From: Balanoglossus misakiensis | Taxonomy: Eukaryota > Animalia > Hemichordata | Assembly (NCBI GenBank): GCA_040954595.2 | Contig: CM082579.2 | Coordinates: forward strand, 14,546,550 to 14,610,549 | DNA length: 64,000 nucleotides | Direction: 5' to 3' | In this document: in pieces, positions 40,101 through 53,156 of the stretch | Position numbering within the stretch: the first letter of the stretch is position 1 | Layout: every line of letters begins with the position of its first letter | Translations under genes and position numbers: made by a program | The notes under the pieces: model-generated | What the model was told of the DNA's origin: nothing | Seen by the model: the letters and a program-made list of their open reading frames with translations, nothing else | Databases searched by the model: none

Positions 40101-43100
40101 ACAGTATGCTTGCAAATGTATTAATATAGTCAGATAATATGAATAGTGAAGATAGCAAAACAAACAGGTTTATGCTTATAGCCATAACTTCTATTAGTGA
40201 TGTACATGTTGTACTTAGCAAATAATTGTTATGATCAACTTGGTTTTTATTGCACAAGATCTTTTTATTGCATCCATGTTTCGTTTCATTCTGGATAATA
40301 GTCTGTCTAAATAAGTTAACAGGCTTGATGAGGGTTATTTTAAACAGTGTTCTCAAAAAACCTGCAATGTCATGCCCTATATTTATAAAGTTGAGGAGAG
40401 GTTGTATTCCTAGCAGGATGTTGAAATCATTGGAGGACAAACCCTGCCAGTACCAAAAGTTGCTGGGTGTTATAAATGTTTGAGTAACCCCCCCCCCCCC
40501 CTTCCCCAATAACACAATATATACTAAAACATTTTTACAACATCTTACTCAGTTTACCCTTAGGAATATGCCTACCAAATCAATCTGGCATGCAGTTTTA
40601 AAGAAAAAAAAATGACCAAAAGTGGCAAAAATTGCTCAAAATTAAAATATGCAAATTTTTCAACAATTTGAACAAAACTTTGGTTACTCAGACAACCATT
40701 AGAAGCTTCATACTAAAATTCAAAGAATGAGGCCTATAACTTTAAGAAATGATGATTTCTTTACCAATAATGTGGAATAATACAAAAAATGCATAAAAGA
40801 TTTTTGGCATAAAAAATTAAAAATCGATAATATTAGCTCAAAACATACAGGACTGTTTGAGGTAGACATAAGGTACATGCATACTGATTTTCAAATGAAT
40901 GTGACCAGTGGTTGTTGAGTTTGAGTTTTGACCAATTTCACATTTTCCTAGCTAATTTGCATATTTTTGGCAATGACAGCTTCATTTGAACAAACTCCAA
41001 TCTTCAGCCTGGCCTGCATCTACACACCAAATATCGAGGTCATATGCCCAGCGGTTTTCAAGTTTGTGATGTGGACGGACATACAGACATACATACATAC
41101 ATCCACCGATATCATAAGGTCCCATGGTAAAGCAAATGGGACCTTACAAAACTATGATAACTCAGATCACCTATGAAGCTTCATACTAAATTTCAAATAA
41201 GTCAGCTGATCAATTCCAGAAAAGCAGATTTTCTACCGATAATGTGGAAAGAGACAAAAAATACATAAAAAATCGAAAATTCACATTAGCTCACAACATA
41301 TAGAACTGTGTGAGGTTAACATAACTTACAGGAATACCAATTTTCAATTTTGAAAGCAATTTGCTCAGTAGTTGTCGAGTTCCCGAGTTTGGACGAATTT
41401 GACACTTTCCCAGCTAATTTGCATATTTTGGCAATGACAACTTCATTTTGAAGTCATAGTCATAACGCGGATTCGGCTGCACGCCAACTATCCGCCATAT
41501 TGTCTCCACTAACTTACTCGTAAGTAGTTTCAAACTTCATTTGAAAAGAGTATTCGTCTGACGGTCCTGTAGATTAACAATTTACGCTCTATGAAGCAAC
41601 TAAACAACGTTAGCTTCCTTGTGGATTCACGTAGGGAAGTTATTCGTAACGACGGGTACAGCGTCTGAGCATGGACAGAACCACGGCAATATCGCCAGGA
41701 ATGTCTCATTTCACAGCGCCCTCAAACAGTCGATCTCCTCAAACTATCGTTTCCACTGGTCATATATGCAGCATTAACGAAAGCTCTCATAGACAACCAT
41801 GTAATAGAAAAATTAAAACTTTAATAACTTCATTAATATCAAAGCCACACCCACCAAAACCTTTTCAGTTCTTGCCATATGATATCTGAACCTGTGTACT
41901 AAATTTGGTTGAAATCGGTTCAGCGGTTCTTGAGATATCGGGTATACAGACAGACACACACATACACAGACATCGCTAAACTATAAGCTCACGTGATTTT
42001 CAGGTGAGCTAAAAATTGGGTTACCCCTAGGAATATTCCTACCATATTTCAAAGCCATCAAAAAAGCAGTTTCAAAGAAAAACACATTTGTTCAAAAGTG
42101 GCAAAAACACAAATATGCAAACATCTCTATAATTGTACACCATCTTACTTCAATCACTACAAGGAACATTCCTGCCAAAATTCAAAGCAATCTGACAAGG
42201 GTTTGAACGGTTTAACAGAAAACAGTTTTTGACAAAGATTGCAAAAAATATCCCCAATAACACAAGCACGCAGTTTTAACCATTTTTATGACATCTTCCT
42301 TGGGTTACCCCTGGGAATCTGCCTACCAAATTGCAAAGCATTCTGACCTTAATTGGCAAAATTGCTCAAAATTATAAATATGCCTATTTTACAACAATCT
42401 GAACAAAAAATATGGTAACTCGGACCACCCATAGGAAGCTTCATACTAAATTTCGAAGGAGTCGGACTATCGCTTTCAGAAGTGAAGATTTTTTTTTACC
42501 AATAATGTGGAAAAAGACAAAAAAAATTAATAAACATTAGAAAATTCATAATATTAGCTCACAACATACAGGACTGTATGGGGTTCATTGACATACCAAT
42601 CTGACCAGTGGTTGTCAAGTTTCTGACTTTTGACCAATTTCACATTTACACAGGTAATATTTTGGCAATGACAATTTCATTTGAACAAAATCCCATCTAC
42701 AGCCCCGCCTGCATCTACACACTAAATATGGAAGTGATATGCCCAGCGGTTTTCATCCATTCACTCATACATACAAATGCAACTGATTCCATAAGGTCCC
42801 AATCGTATATATGTACATAAACCAAATGGGACCTAAAAATTGCTCCAAAATTATAAATACGCAATTTTGGCAACAATTTAAACAAAACTATGGTTGGTAA
42901 CTCAGATCACCTATGAAGCTTCATAATAAATTTCAAACAAGTCAGCTGATCAATTCCAGAAAAGTAGGTTTTTACCGACAATGTGGAAAGAGACAAAAAA
43001 AATGCTTAAAAATAGAAAATTCACATTATTAGCTCACAACATGTAGAATTGTGAGAGGATACCATAAGGTACATGCATACCAATTATCAATTTTGAAAGC

Positions 43101-45239
43101 AATTTGCCCAGTAGTTGTTGAGTTCCCAAGTTTTGACGAATTTGACACTTTCCCAGCTAATTTGCATATTTTGGCAATGACAACTTCACTTAGACAAACT
43201 CCCATCTACTGCCCTGTCTGCACATTAAATATCAAGGTGAAATGCCAGTAGTTTCCAAATGTTTGATGTTGATGGACATACAAACATCCATACATACAGG
43301 TGCAACTGATCCCGTAAGGTACCATGGTATAAATACATATACCAAATGGGACCTAATAATTCTGATAAAATGCGTACATACGTACATGCATACAAGTCAG
43401 CAATAAAGAGACGGGATAGTGGGCTGGCACTGAGTGTCTATTTCTATTGCAAATTATAAACATGCAGCAAGTGTAAAAACCACATGTACCTTCAACGTCC
43501 TTGGACAACACATTTTTGTAACTTTCCCAGATCAATGGCTAATATTACTTGCCAAAGGCGACTAGAATTTTGGGGGCCTGATGCAAGTCTGATACATGTA
43601 CTTCATGATTTAGAGATATGATGAAAATCCTGTCAACCGAATTACAGGGAAATCAGATTTTCCATGTAAAATCATATCACCCAAAAGTGTCAAAAATAAT
43701 TTTGAAACAAAAAGTCTACTCAAAATCATACCAAAATTTAAATGTTAATGCAGTACGTTAGGCAAGCAATTTGAGAATGAAGAAACTTACAAAATAATTT
43801 ATAAATTGTAAATAATTTACAAATGCCGCACACAAACTTACAATTACTACCATATTACTGAACATGTTAAAAGGACATTGTACCAGCAGAGACATTGTGA
43901 TCGAGCAATCCCCAAGATATACATGACATGGTCTAATTACAAATATTGAATATGTAAAATATGTACACAACACTTCCAGTCTTACAGTACAGTCAGCTGC
44001 TTGTGAACAATAGTCATGTAGCTATTTCATCAAATTTACAGCCCAAGTCTTGCCTATACAATTCTCCCTACTTTAAACACGTTTTAAGCTACCCTAAATG
44101 AGTGATGAAAATCTCATACGGTCGATAATTTCAAGATGGCCGATTTTTGCCATGTTAAAGAAATGGGAGTTCATAAGCTAAAATGATGATGGGTCATTCT
44201 TGAACTTTTTAACAGAAAAAATAGCAAAAGTGAAAAAAAGTTTAATATGCTAACTACCGAGACAGAAATGTTTGACCGAAGGAAGTCATGAAATACAGTA
44301 AACATATCATTTCTTCTTTCTCTTACTACAGTTGGTTATGGACTTTCCGCCCAGAATGCAATGAGATTTGACACCTAGCGCAAAGTGAAAAACCTATTTA
44401 AGGCAGCCAGAATTTTCTGCATAGTATGACGGAAACATTTGTAAAGTCATGGCTAGCATGGGTTGGCAGGTTTCTGGGACCCGCTCAGGTTCCCTCGAAT
44501 AACACATAATGCATGATTGGTGACTGATTATTGTTTATTTGTTGATTTTGTCACATTTTCAGAAAAATCCCTATCAATCAGTCATATTTGTTTGGCCTTG
44601 CTATACAGCGCAATATGAATCTTGTTGACTGAAATTGTTGAGGATAGTGGTACATAAAGGTTACCAATTGGAAAATATTAAAATGATTATTAGTGGTGTC
44701 CAACTCTTCATGATAACCAGTTGTGGCTTGCCACCACCATAATTTTAAAAGGGTGACTTCACTATTTGATGGGAAAAGGTAGCATTTACAAACAAGCTAT
44801 GGAGCATGTATACAGCAAGGTGTGCTTACCGGAAAGCGGTCTTGGATCAGGCCTAGGTATTCTCTTCCTCCTCCGGCATACGTTGAAATGCTGTGTTTAA
44901 GACTGTGAATCAAATATATGCAAATATTAATTAGTAACCAATCAACCTTGCTTTAGAATTATGTGGGCCATACAAATTAGTGAAAATATGCAAAACATGG
45001 TATAATATAGGGTCAGAAAAAATTTCCAGCCTATTTGTGTCATGATTTACATTTTTCTTTCTGGCCTAAAGTATTGTTTTATTTCACTCTAAACAACATT
45101 ACTTTCCTTCATGCGTCTAATATAATAACAGATCTCTTAGCCAGTTTGATTAAGCATAGTGTTGGACTAGCACACGTTCAGCCAAAGTTAAAGTATCTCC
45201 CTGTGTATTGATATGGGAGTAATTTTAGCTATATGGTTA

Positions 45240-45586
45240 GGGGACAAAGTCTCTCTGTCGCTGTCCTTTTTCCATTAATTATGTTTGATACAAGACACTG
45301 TTTATGTCAATGTACATTTGGATATATAATGAATAAATGATCAACCACACAAAACTTCCATCCCGCTTGTATGATATGAGAGTAAAAACTCGCCCAAAAT
45401 GAATAAATGGTAAAGAACGATTATTCATTTTGGCGAGTATTTTTACTCTCGTGTCTACAAGTGGGACGGAAGTTGTGTGTGGCTGAACGTTCATTCACTA
45501 TATATCTACATGTAGAATAACAAACGGTGTCTTGTATCAAATATAATTAATGGAAAAAAGGGCAGCGAGAGAGAGACTTTGTCCCT
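45240..45586. mobile_element. Palindromic Kolobok-like MITE (AGGGACAAAGTCTCTCT family)
   Basis: GGGACAAAGTCTCTCTGTCGCTG... and ...CAGCGAGAGAGAGACTTTGTCCCT|TTAA. Other copies at 60491-~60810 and 61449-61739; fragments near 10957 and 48420. Confidence 0.8.
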
Positions 45587-46106
45587 TTAAGGAAATGCAT
45601 CCACATTTATTTTATGCTCCACGTGAAGATTTGAACTTGTGAGTTGTCCATCTAATTCATGACATCACGATCATATCACAAGCAATCGAGGCCAGAATTC
45701 GAAGGGGAAAAAACAGGTACATTGTATTGAAAGCTGGAATATGTAAATTAGTTCGTAGACATACATTTCTTCCTATTGTTTCGGTTGCAACACCCGATAA
45801 AAGCAAATATAAAGCAAGTCATGCTTACCATTGAGCGGTCTTAAACTCGCCCCGGACAAGGAAGAGAATCCCGAGTTGAAACGCAGACAGTTTCAGGCAG
45901 CATCTGTGAATCAAATAGACATAGAAGTTAGTAACCAGTCATAGAAGCTCTGCGTGGCAGGGCTGCGTGTTAACGGCTATACCATAGCTCCCACTGGTAG
46001 CTTATAACAGTCTCAATGGTGCCAAAAATCTCCCCAACAACAAAACCAACCCTGGTCAGTTTATTCGCTATCGCTTTGCCTTAAAAGTTATACTGTAGTG
46101 TGTTAC

Positions 46107-46522
46107 CACAGGGGGCTCCTCCCTCCGCGATTTTATTGTTTGTTTGTTGTTGTTGATTGGCATAATAAACAAATACATATTTCTTTATTAATAAATATGG
46201 TTTGTTGACATGTAAGTGTTAGGGTATATTCAACAGTTAGGGTTACTGTTGGCATTTTTTTCGATCCACGGCCCCGGGCATCACTAAGCCACAGGGGGTG
46301 GGGGGGGGGGGGGTTTGGGGGGGTGATGCCGGCCATGGATCGAAAAAATGCCAACACTAATTCTAACCGTTGAATATACCATAACCTGTCAAATATACCC
46401 TAATAACCTAACCCTTACATGTCAACAAACCATATTTATTAATAAAGAAATATGTATTTGTTTATTATGCCAATCAACAACAACAAACAAACAATAAAAT
46501 CGCCTAGGGAGAGCCCCCTGTG
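46107..46522. mobile_element. Foldback MITE with CA...TG ends and 7-bp TSD (P-element-like)
   Basis: GTGTTAC|CACAGGGGGCTC ... GAGCCCCCTGTG|GTGTTAC. Long inverted arms surround a G-rich spacer. Confidence 0.85.
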
Positions 46523-49124
46523 GTGTTACGGTACCACCTGCTCCACAATAACAAAGCTGACTCGAGCCAACGAACGACGTACAATTTACTCGCACGGTGT
46601 AATATAACGCACAAATTCCATGCGACTGTGAGTTTACTGTTTGGTGCTGTAACGCTTCCCAAAGTCAGAATTTCGATGTTGGGAGGACCCTCTCGCCCTA
46701 CCACGACCAGTTTTTGCTAGAAGGAGTGTACATGTACTTGTAAAATAACATTAAATGCCATGCTTACCAGAGAAACGACATCATCAAGCATGGAGGCGAC
46801 CGGGACCTCCATGCTTGATGAACGTCAAAGCTGCAATGATTTTTCAAATGCAATGGTCAGCGGTACGAGAACGAGGCACCAGCTGTGCGTCAATTATGCA
46901 ACTTACTTACTACTCAATCAAAATCCTGCTTCAACATGACGTAACACTAATTAGTCAAAGAATGCAATGCAACGTATGTGTGCGGGTGGAGAATGCGCCT
47001 CACGTCAATGCAGACACACCAGACACACACACTGAAATGCAAATTGAGGAATTATGTCACGGTGTTCTTTGGAAGTGCGAATGAATAAAATATTTCGTTT
47101 TCTTCAGTGTTTTTGTACTACAAAAAAAATTGCTAAAAAACGACTAGCAAGCGCTTATGCAATAAAATACAAATAAATATAATTATCGCCAATTGGAAAT
47201 GGAACGTCAATCCGCATTTGTCAAAAAATAACAGAAAAGACAAAGGAGCTGAGACGTCCTAAAATAAAAGGAATGACCTCTCTGTTCTGACCTGTATGAG
47301 GAAGCCCTATTGTAATACGCAATATGTAGGATCATGCTACCATCCGCCATTCTGATTGGACGAGAGATCAATCCATCGATACGAAAGTACTCAATAGAGC
47401 ACTGCTAAAACTGGCCCCTGAACTAATAGCATGCAACAGGGAAAACGTGACTAAATAAAAAAAAATATAGCTGATAAATTTACGGACGGCCGGTTTATTT
47501 TTTAACTGCTCTATTGGAACTGTTGTCACTGTCATGCACGATGCATGTCTTGTCATTGCGCACTCGTGTTAACATTCATCAGAGCGCCTTTCGATCAATT
47601 CGTAACGTTTACATTAGACTTGACTTCATTTTCGTTATGAAAATGACATTGATATACACAAAGTCGATTACTGATATAAAATAATAGCAATAACCCTAAC
47701 CATAGATTAGGCTATAGCATTCCGGTATTTTTTTCAATATCACTCAGGAAGGATTCTATAACATTCTGTTTTGTATCGGGATGTATAATTTAATATCCAT
47801 ACTACAAAACAAATATCAGCGGTAACTCAGAAAATATTGTTGAAAATGTGTTCTCTGTAGGCCTAACCATGGTAAGATAATGCAATGCCGGTAAGTATTT
47901 TGGAAGTCAAGGTTGCATTGTATTGTCTGGTGTTCAAATAATCACAAACATCCCGGAAGACTAAATTCTTTCTGTCAAAACCACTTCTGCAACGACAAGA
48001 ACTTTCAGGGCAGGCAAAACCATGGCATGAAGACGATATGAAGTCGATGAGTTAATGTTATGTTGAACCCGGCCACTTTACGTATCTTAACTATTCACAC
48101 ATTGACCATTCTATAATTCTCTCCCTTTTGATGTCTTCTTTGTGGTTTGTTTGTAAAAATGTTGCCTGTGTTGAAACTTGACTACTTGTCACTTTTGCCT
48201 ACCAAGAATAATATGACCAAAAGGGGTGGCATGAAATTCTAGACTGTAACAAAACTCGATTTCATGACCCAAAGTTTGATTTTATGTGTTTTTGGTTTGG
48301 ACGTGGCAAAGACATGTAAATTCCGACCACCTATACACCATCCATACATGTATGAATCGACATCATTTATTGCACGAGAGACTTCAAGCAAGCATTCCAT
48401 CATCGCAAAAGGACAAAGAGAGAGCGACTTTGTCTCTTTAAATTAATTTAGCAAGTTCAAAGTGAATGCCCACATGAAAACCTTTACTCAGCAATTTTTT
48501 TTGTAATTAATAAAACTAGGTTTGGTATGTTTTTGCGCTTGTTTTATTTTCCTTTTGTCTATAAATAGTCGTATATTTTAAAACAGCTAAAATGAGTCAA
48601 ATGGGGCATTTTTCCATCCCACCTCATCCTAGCTAAGAGCTTCAGTGCCGGTCACCTCCACAAAATTAATTTACCACGAACAAATTGAAATACAGCCAAT
48701 CGGAAAAAGTGCGCCACCACATGGTCATTTGAAGACTTTTATGCTCTCTTCTGGCCGTAAACGCATGTGATCTGGAATAAATCGAACATCGATCGTGTTT
48801 TATTTATTTTCACCACCAGCGAAAATCTACGACGGCCCAACCGCAGATTATTGCTGCTCCATACAACAACCGGCTTAAACTGTTCTGTGCATGTGTTTTG
48901 TGTTCTGGTGGCGTTTGCGGGTCTGAGACGTCATTTGTAGAAGGCCCTATTCGTTTTCTACCAATAACTTTTACCAACCATGCTAGAACTATTTCGTTTT
49001 CTTTGACGACGCTTGACACTTTTCTTGCTTTGTTGTTAGTACATGTAGTTTGTTTGTTCGTTACGTCTGTTACTGGGGTTCTTCACTTGTAGTCTGGTTA
49101 CACTATGAGATAGGTGCCGTTAAT

Positions 49125-50610
49125 CAGAATTTTTGGTAAGGAAGGTTTGAGAAGTCCATTCTATGTAAAAAATGGTGCTCATTCCAAAAAAGTCAGTCTT
49201 ATTAACCCCACTCAAGACAAAATTGCCATTTTGGCCATTTTTAACCCCAAAATGGTCTTTTTTAGAAAACACTAAAAACACATTTTTTTCGTCACATTCT
49301 GAGATCTGATAACATATGATATGCTTATTCTATGTAAAATTTGGTGAATATTACGAAAAAAGTAGTTCGATTGACCCAAAACAACAGAAAATTGCCTTTT
49401 TGACCAATTTTTGCCCCAAAAACGTCATTTTTAGAAAAAAAATAAAACACACGGTTTTCTTCATAATGATTGATCTGGTGATATATGGAAAGTCAATTCT
49501 ATGTTAAAAGTGGTGACTTTAAAAAATAAAGCAGTCTTTTTGACCTCAATCAATACAAAAATGCCATTTTTGGCCACTTTTTGTGGTCAAAAAAGGTCAT
49601 TTTTACAAAAAAACTAAAAATAAATTGTGTTTATCATATTCAGAGATCATTGGATATATGAAATGTCCATTCTATGTAAAAAATGGTGCTGATTCCAGAA
49701 ATAGCAGTCTTATTGACCCTACTCAAGAAAAAATGCCATTTTTGCCACTTTTTGCCCCAAAACGTCATTTTCAGAAAACACACAAAATTTATATATTTTC
49801 TTCACTTTCGGAGATCTGATAATGTATTATATGCCCACCCTATGTAAAATCTGGTGATTATTCGAAAAAAGCAGATTTATTGACCCAACCTAATGCAAAA
49901 ATGCCCTTTTGGAAAGTTTTTGCCCAAAAAGGCCATTTTTAGAAAAAAATTTAAAAACAAACTTTTCTTCATAAAGCTCAGAGATCATGTGATATATGAA
50001 ATGTTCATCCTATGTAAAAAATGGTGCTGATTCCAGAAATAGCAGTCTTATTGATCCTACTCAAGAAAAAATGCCATTTTGCCACTTTTTGCCCCCAAAA
50101 CGTCATTTTCAGAAAACACTCAAAATTTATATATTTTCTTCACTTTCGGAGATCTGATAATGAATTATATGCCCACTGTATGTGAAAAGTTTCCAAAAAA
50201 GCAGTTTTATTGATGCCACTCAAGATAAAAGTGCCTTTTTGGCAAGTTTTTGCCCAAAAAGTGTCATTTCTAGAAAATACGAAAATTATGCCATTTTCTT
50301 CCCATTGGTGATCAAATGATAAATAAAAGTACTAAAAAACCCACTCTTACTGACCCCACTGAGGGAAAAAAATATCATTTTGGCCTCTTTGCTCAAAAAG
50401 GTAACTGTTAGAAAAAATAAATACAAACTTATTCCTTTATATTCAGAGCCCTTGTGATGTATGTAAATTCGTGTTTTTTTGTGTGTGTGTGTGTGCAAAA
50501 AATATGCTGATACCAGCACAACGGTCTTATTGAGACACCCCGCTCAGTACAAAATTGCCATTTAGCCATCTTTTGGTCAACAATAGGCATTTTCAGAAAA
50601 CAAATATAAT
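49125..50610. repeat. Degenerate ~170-bp A-tract-rich tandem array with a ~340-bp dimer
   Basis: The CTATGTAAAA...TGGTG motif recurs at about 49160, 49330, 49498, 49673, 49840, 50011 and 50179. The units at ~49670 and ~50010 are nearly identical. Confidence 0.85.
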
Positions 50611-50614
50611 TGAT

Positions 50615-50827
50615 GTTATATCGTGGCGGCTGTCCGGCTCCTGCAAACGCAGCGTACTGAGACACGAATGGGTTCGGGTATGACATCTGCTGGAAGTGTT
50701 GCTGGTATGCTGCGGCTGGATAGGGTGGGGGTTGTTGGTTCGCAGAAGCTACAGGCTGGGGTGTGTTTGTGCTTGTGCTTGTTGTGGCAGTATCAGCAGA
50801 GGTTGCTATGCTTTTCTTTGTCTCTTC
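50615..50827 (-). other. Orphan Q/P/A/T-rich exon-like fragment
   Basis: Acceptor ctttttatcctccacag| then open frame EETKKSIATSADTATTSTSTNTPQPVASANQQPPPYPAAAYQQHFQQMSYPNPFVSQYAAFAGAGQPPRYN, which runs into the 170-bp array. Confidence 0.5.
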
Positions 50828-53156
50828 CTGTGGAGGATAAAAAGAACACAGTGTTTTTGCAAAGGTCGGGGAACACTGGTAATGGATTTGGGAACCCCGT
50901 TAATATTCCTATAACCTCCTAATATAACCACATTGATACACCCAGGGGAACCCCGGTAAAATGACTGGGGAACTCTGGTAGACTGCCTGACCACTGTGAC
51001 ATTGGCCTTGTTCTGTTGTTTTAATTCGGAGTGACTGGGGTACTCCGGTAGATTTTATCTAGGTACCGCCCTTAACAAAAACACTAGAACAGAATCACAA
51101 TTTGGAAGGCATGAGAGGCAAATACCATTTAAGGATGTACACGCACAATATAAACTGATAAACAGTGCATGTGTGTCTGTTCCTGAAAGGATTACATCGA
51201 TAATTGCCAGAAAACAAACTTCTACTATTGTCTTTTTCACGAAATTTTACACATAGCTCAGTCAAGTAAACGTAAATTCATTGCTCAAAAAAAATTATGT
51301 GGTCACCAAGCTCTATTATGAGATAAATTGCGTTAAAATCTTCGCCCATAGACAAACCATTGGTGAAAAATGCTGAGACAGCAAATTTCTTCTATTATCA
51401 ACTAAATTCATGGCTCTGTATTTTTTTTAAAAAGGGCAATGACCCCTACAATTTTTAACGGATTCTCATTATACATACACAGCATAATCCAAAAATCCAC
51501 AATTAAAAGAATGACAATACTTTCAACGTGTATAATACCAGCATACACCTGTTTCAAGTCCAGTGTCCTAATACACCATCATCATGAATTGGAACTCAAA
51601 GCAAGGCCAATGAGCAAACCCAGATTGACAACTCATTACACCAGCAAAGTGGTTTCTTTATGGAAGTGGTGGTACCAATAAATACTTTATTCAAGGTAAG
51701 AATTTCTTATTGTAGCAGTATTTTCATTTCCATTCATGTTTTAAAGGCCTTTTTTGTAGATTCTGAGTTTCTATGCCAGACAAAGTATGATTATTTTTCC
51801 ACTAATGCAGCCTGAATTAAAGTCAACATTTTTCACCATAGGTCTTTCTATGTTATTTTTCTATAGGCATGGACACATTTAAGTTTATCTCAAAACTGAG
51901 CACAGTGGTGAGCCTACAACTTATATGAATCACTCAATTTAATTTCATTTGGATGAGTTATGAGTGAAACTTCTTAAAATTACAATAGTAGAAAAGGGTT
52001 TTCTATCAATTCTTAATGTTATCCTATGGGAAGAAACACATTCCATGAGCTCATACATGTAGTGTGTGCCATTCTTAACCCTTTCAGTATTATATGAATC
52101 AGATATAGAAGCTTGTTCAACGTCCCGTTGCGGCCAAGCCAATCAGATTGCACGTTATGTCAATCAAAACTGAAGGATACCTAAAGTTCTCTATAAGGCA
52201 CCGTCTGATTGGTTTACTAGAGTTTTCAACGGGAGCTTCTATGGGAGTTGGTCAGATGTAGTGTGGGGCGACAGTATAAGACTACCGTACTGCGAAGTAA
52301 AAGACGTCGCCGTACCCTACATCTGATTTTAATCAGATTGTATGCACACATAAGCTGGTTTAGAATACTGATAAACCCTGATGAAACAATCTCAGTAAAA
52401 TATATACAGATGAGAATGAGAATGCAGTTAAAGTTAAATATACATTCGTTGTATCTTTTGGCTTTATTTCCAGTATTTTTGTTCTATGTAGCAAATGCGA
52501 TTTCATGTTCTACTCCACACAGATTGTTACTTGTCAGCACAGAATGTATGTGTATAATGGCCATTGTCATTGTTGACAATAATTCATGGATTCTAGTCTG
52601 GACTTAAATTCCAATTTGGCACAATAACAATGCTGACCATACACATATATGTTTCATCATGTTTCGGGAATTTGCACAAGAAACTGCTAAACAAAGATAC
52701 TGAAAACATAGGAAAAAGGTAAAGGTAATGGAGCTTTAATTACAATTCACACTGTATACAAAATCCATGTAAAAATTCAAAATACTGGATTTGTCAGCTT
52801 CAACTGATATGGGGGTCACACAAGAAATTGCTAAAACGTCTCAGATCAAATACTGGCATAAATTATTATTGGTGAATGGTTTAAGTGGTCCTGAATCTTC
52901 TCAGATTTGAGACACGTCTCTTACCAGGTTCACACAGGGTAAAATTTGAGACACTATTAGTCTATGGTAAACACAGAGCGTTAATACTTTGGGGGGGGGG
53001 GGTTAGCTGGGCAGGCCCGCCCTCCTTTATTTTTTGCCACCCTGCTATCTTACGCGCCGCCCTGCTTTCTTTTCATTCCCGCCTTGGTAAATATTTATTG
53101 TTTCTGGTGCACGCTCCCGCATGCGGCTGGCATTTGAGAGAATGATATTTATTCAG

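Larger units (their letters stand above)
33945..43360. mobile_element. Cluster of fragmented HINE-like non-autonomous elements
   Basis: Recurrent modules (ATACAGGACTGTATG..GACATAAGGTACTTGCATACCAA, CCAGCTAATTTGCATAT, (ACAT/ACAG)n microsatellite). Terminal hairpins TAAGGTCCCAT...ATGGGACCTAA followed by an A-run at about 39120, 41146, 42835 and 43355. Confidence 0.65.
44830..46830 (-). ncRNA. Candidate spliced non-coding transcript (exons 46768-46830, 45829-45903, 44830-44902)
   Basis: Three short segments each end in G|GTAAGCA on the minus strand and follow CAG acceptors. Branch-point-like TACTAAC (45927-45933) and TACTAAT precede two of them. No consistent ORF across the junctions. Confidence 0.45.

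Noticed and set aside
43490-43561. Possible fourth exon of the minus-strand transcript
   Set aside because: Weak polypyrimidine tract and donor (GTACAT), and no similarity to the other three exons.
47861-47889. Possible ATG-bearing first exon of the next uif-like copy (tgtag|GCCTAACCATG|gtaag)
   Set aside because: No signal-peptide exon linking it to 61807 was found, and it is too short to support.
48810-49085. Minus-strand frame with RTPVTDVTN and KEN (degron-like motifs)
   Set aside because: A stop lies immediately upstream, there is no start or acceptor, and such short motifs occur by chance.
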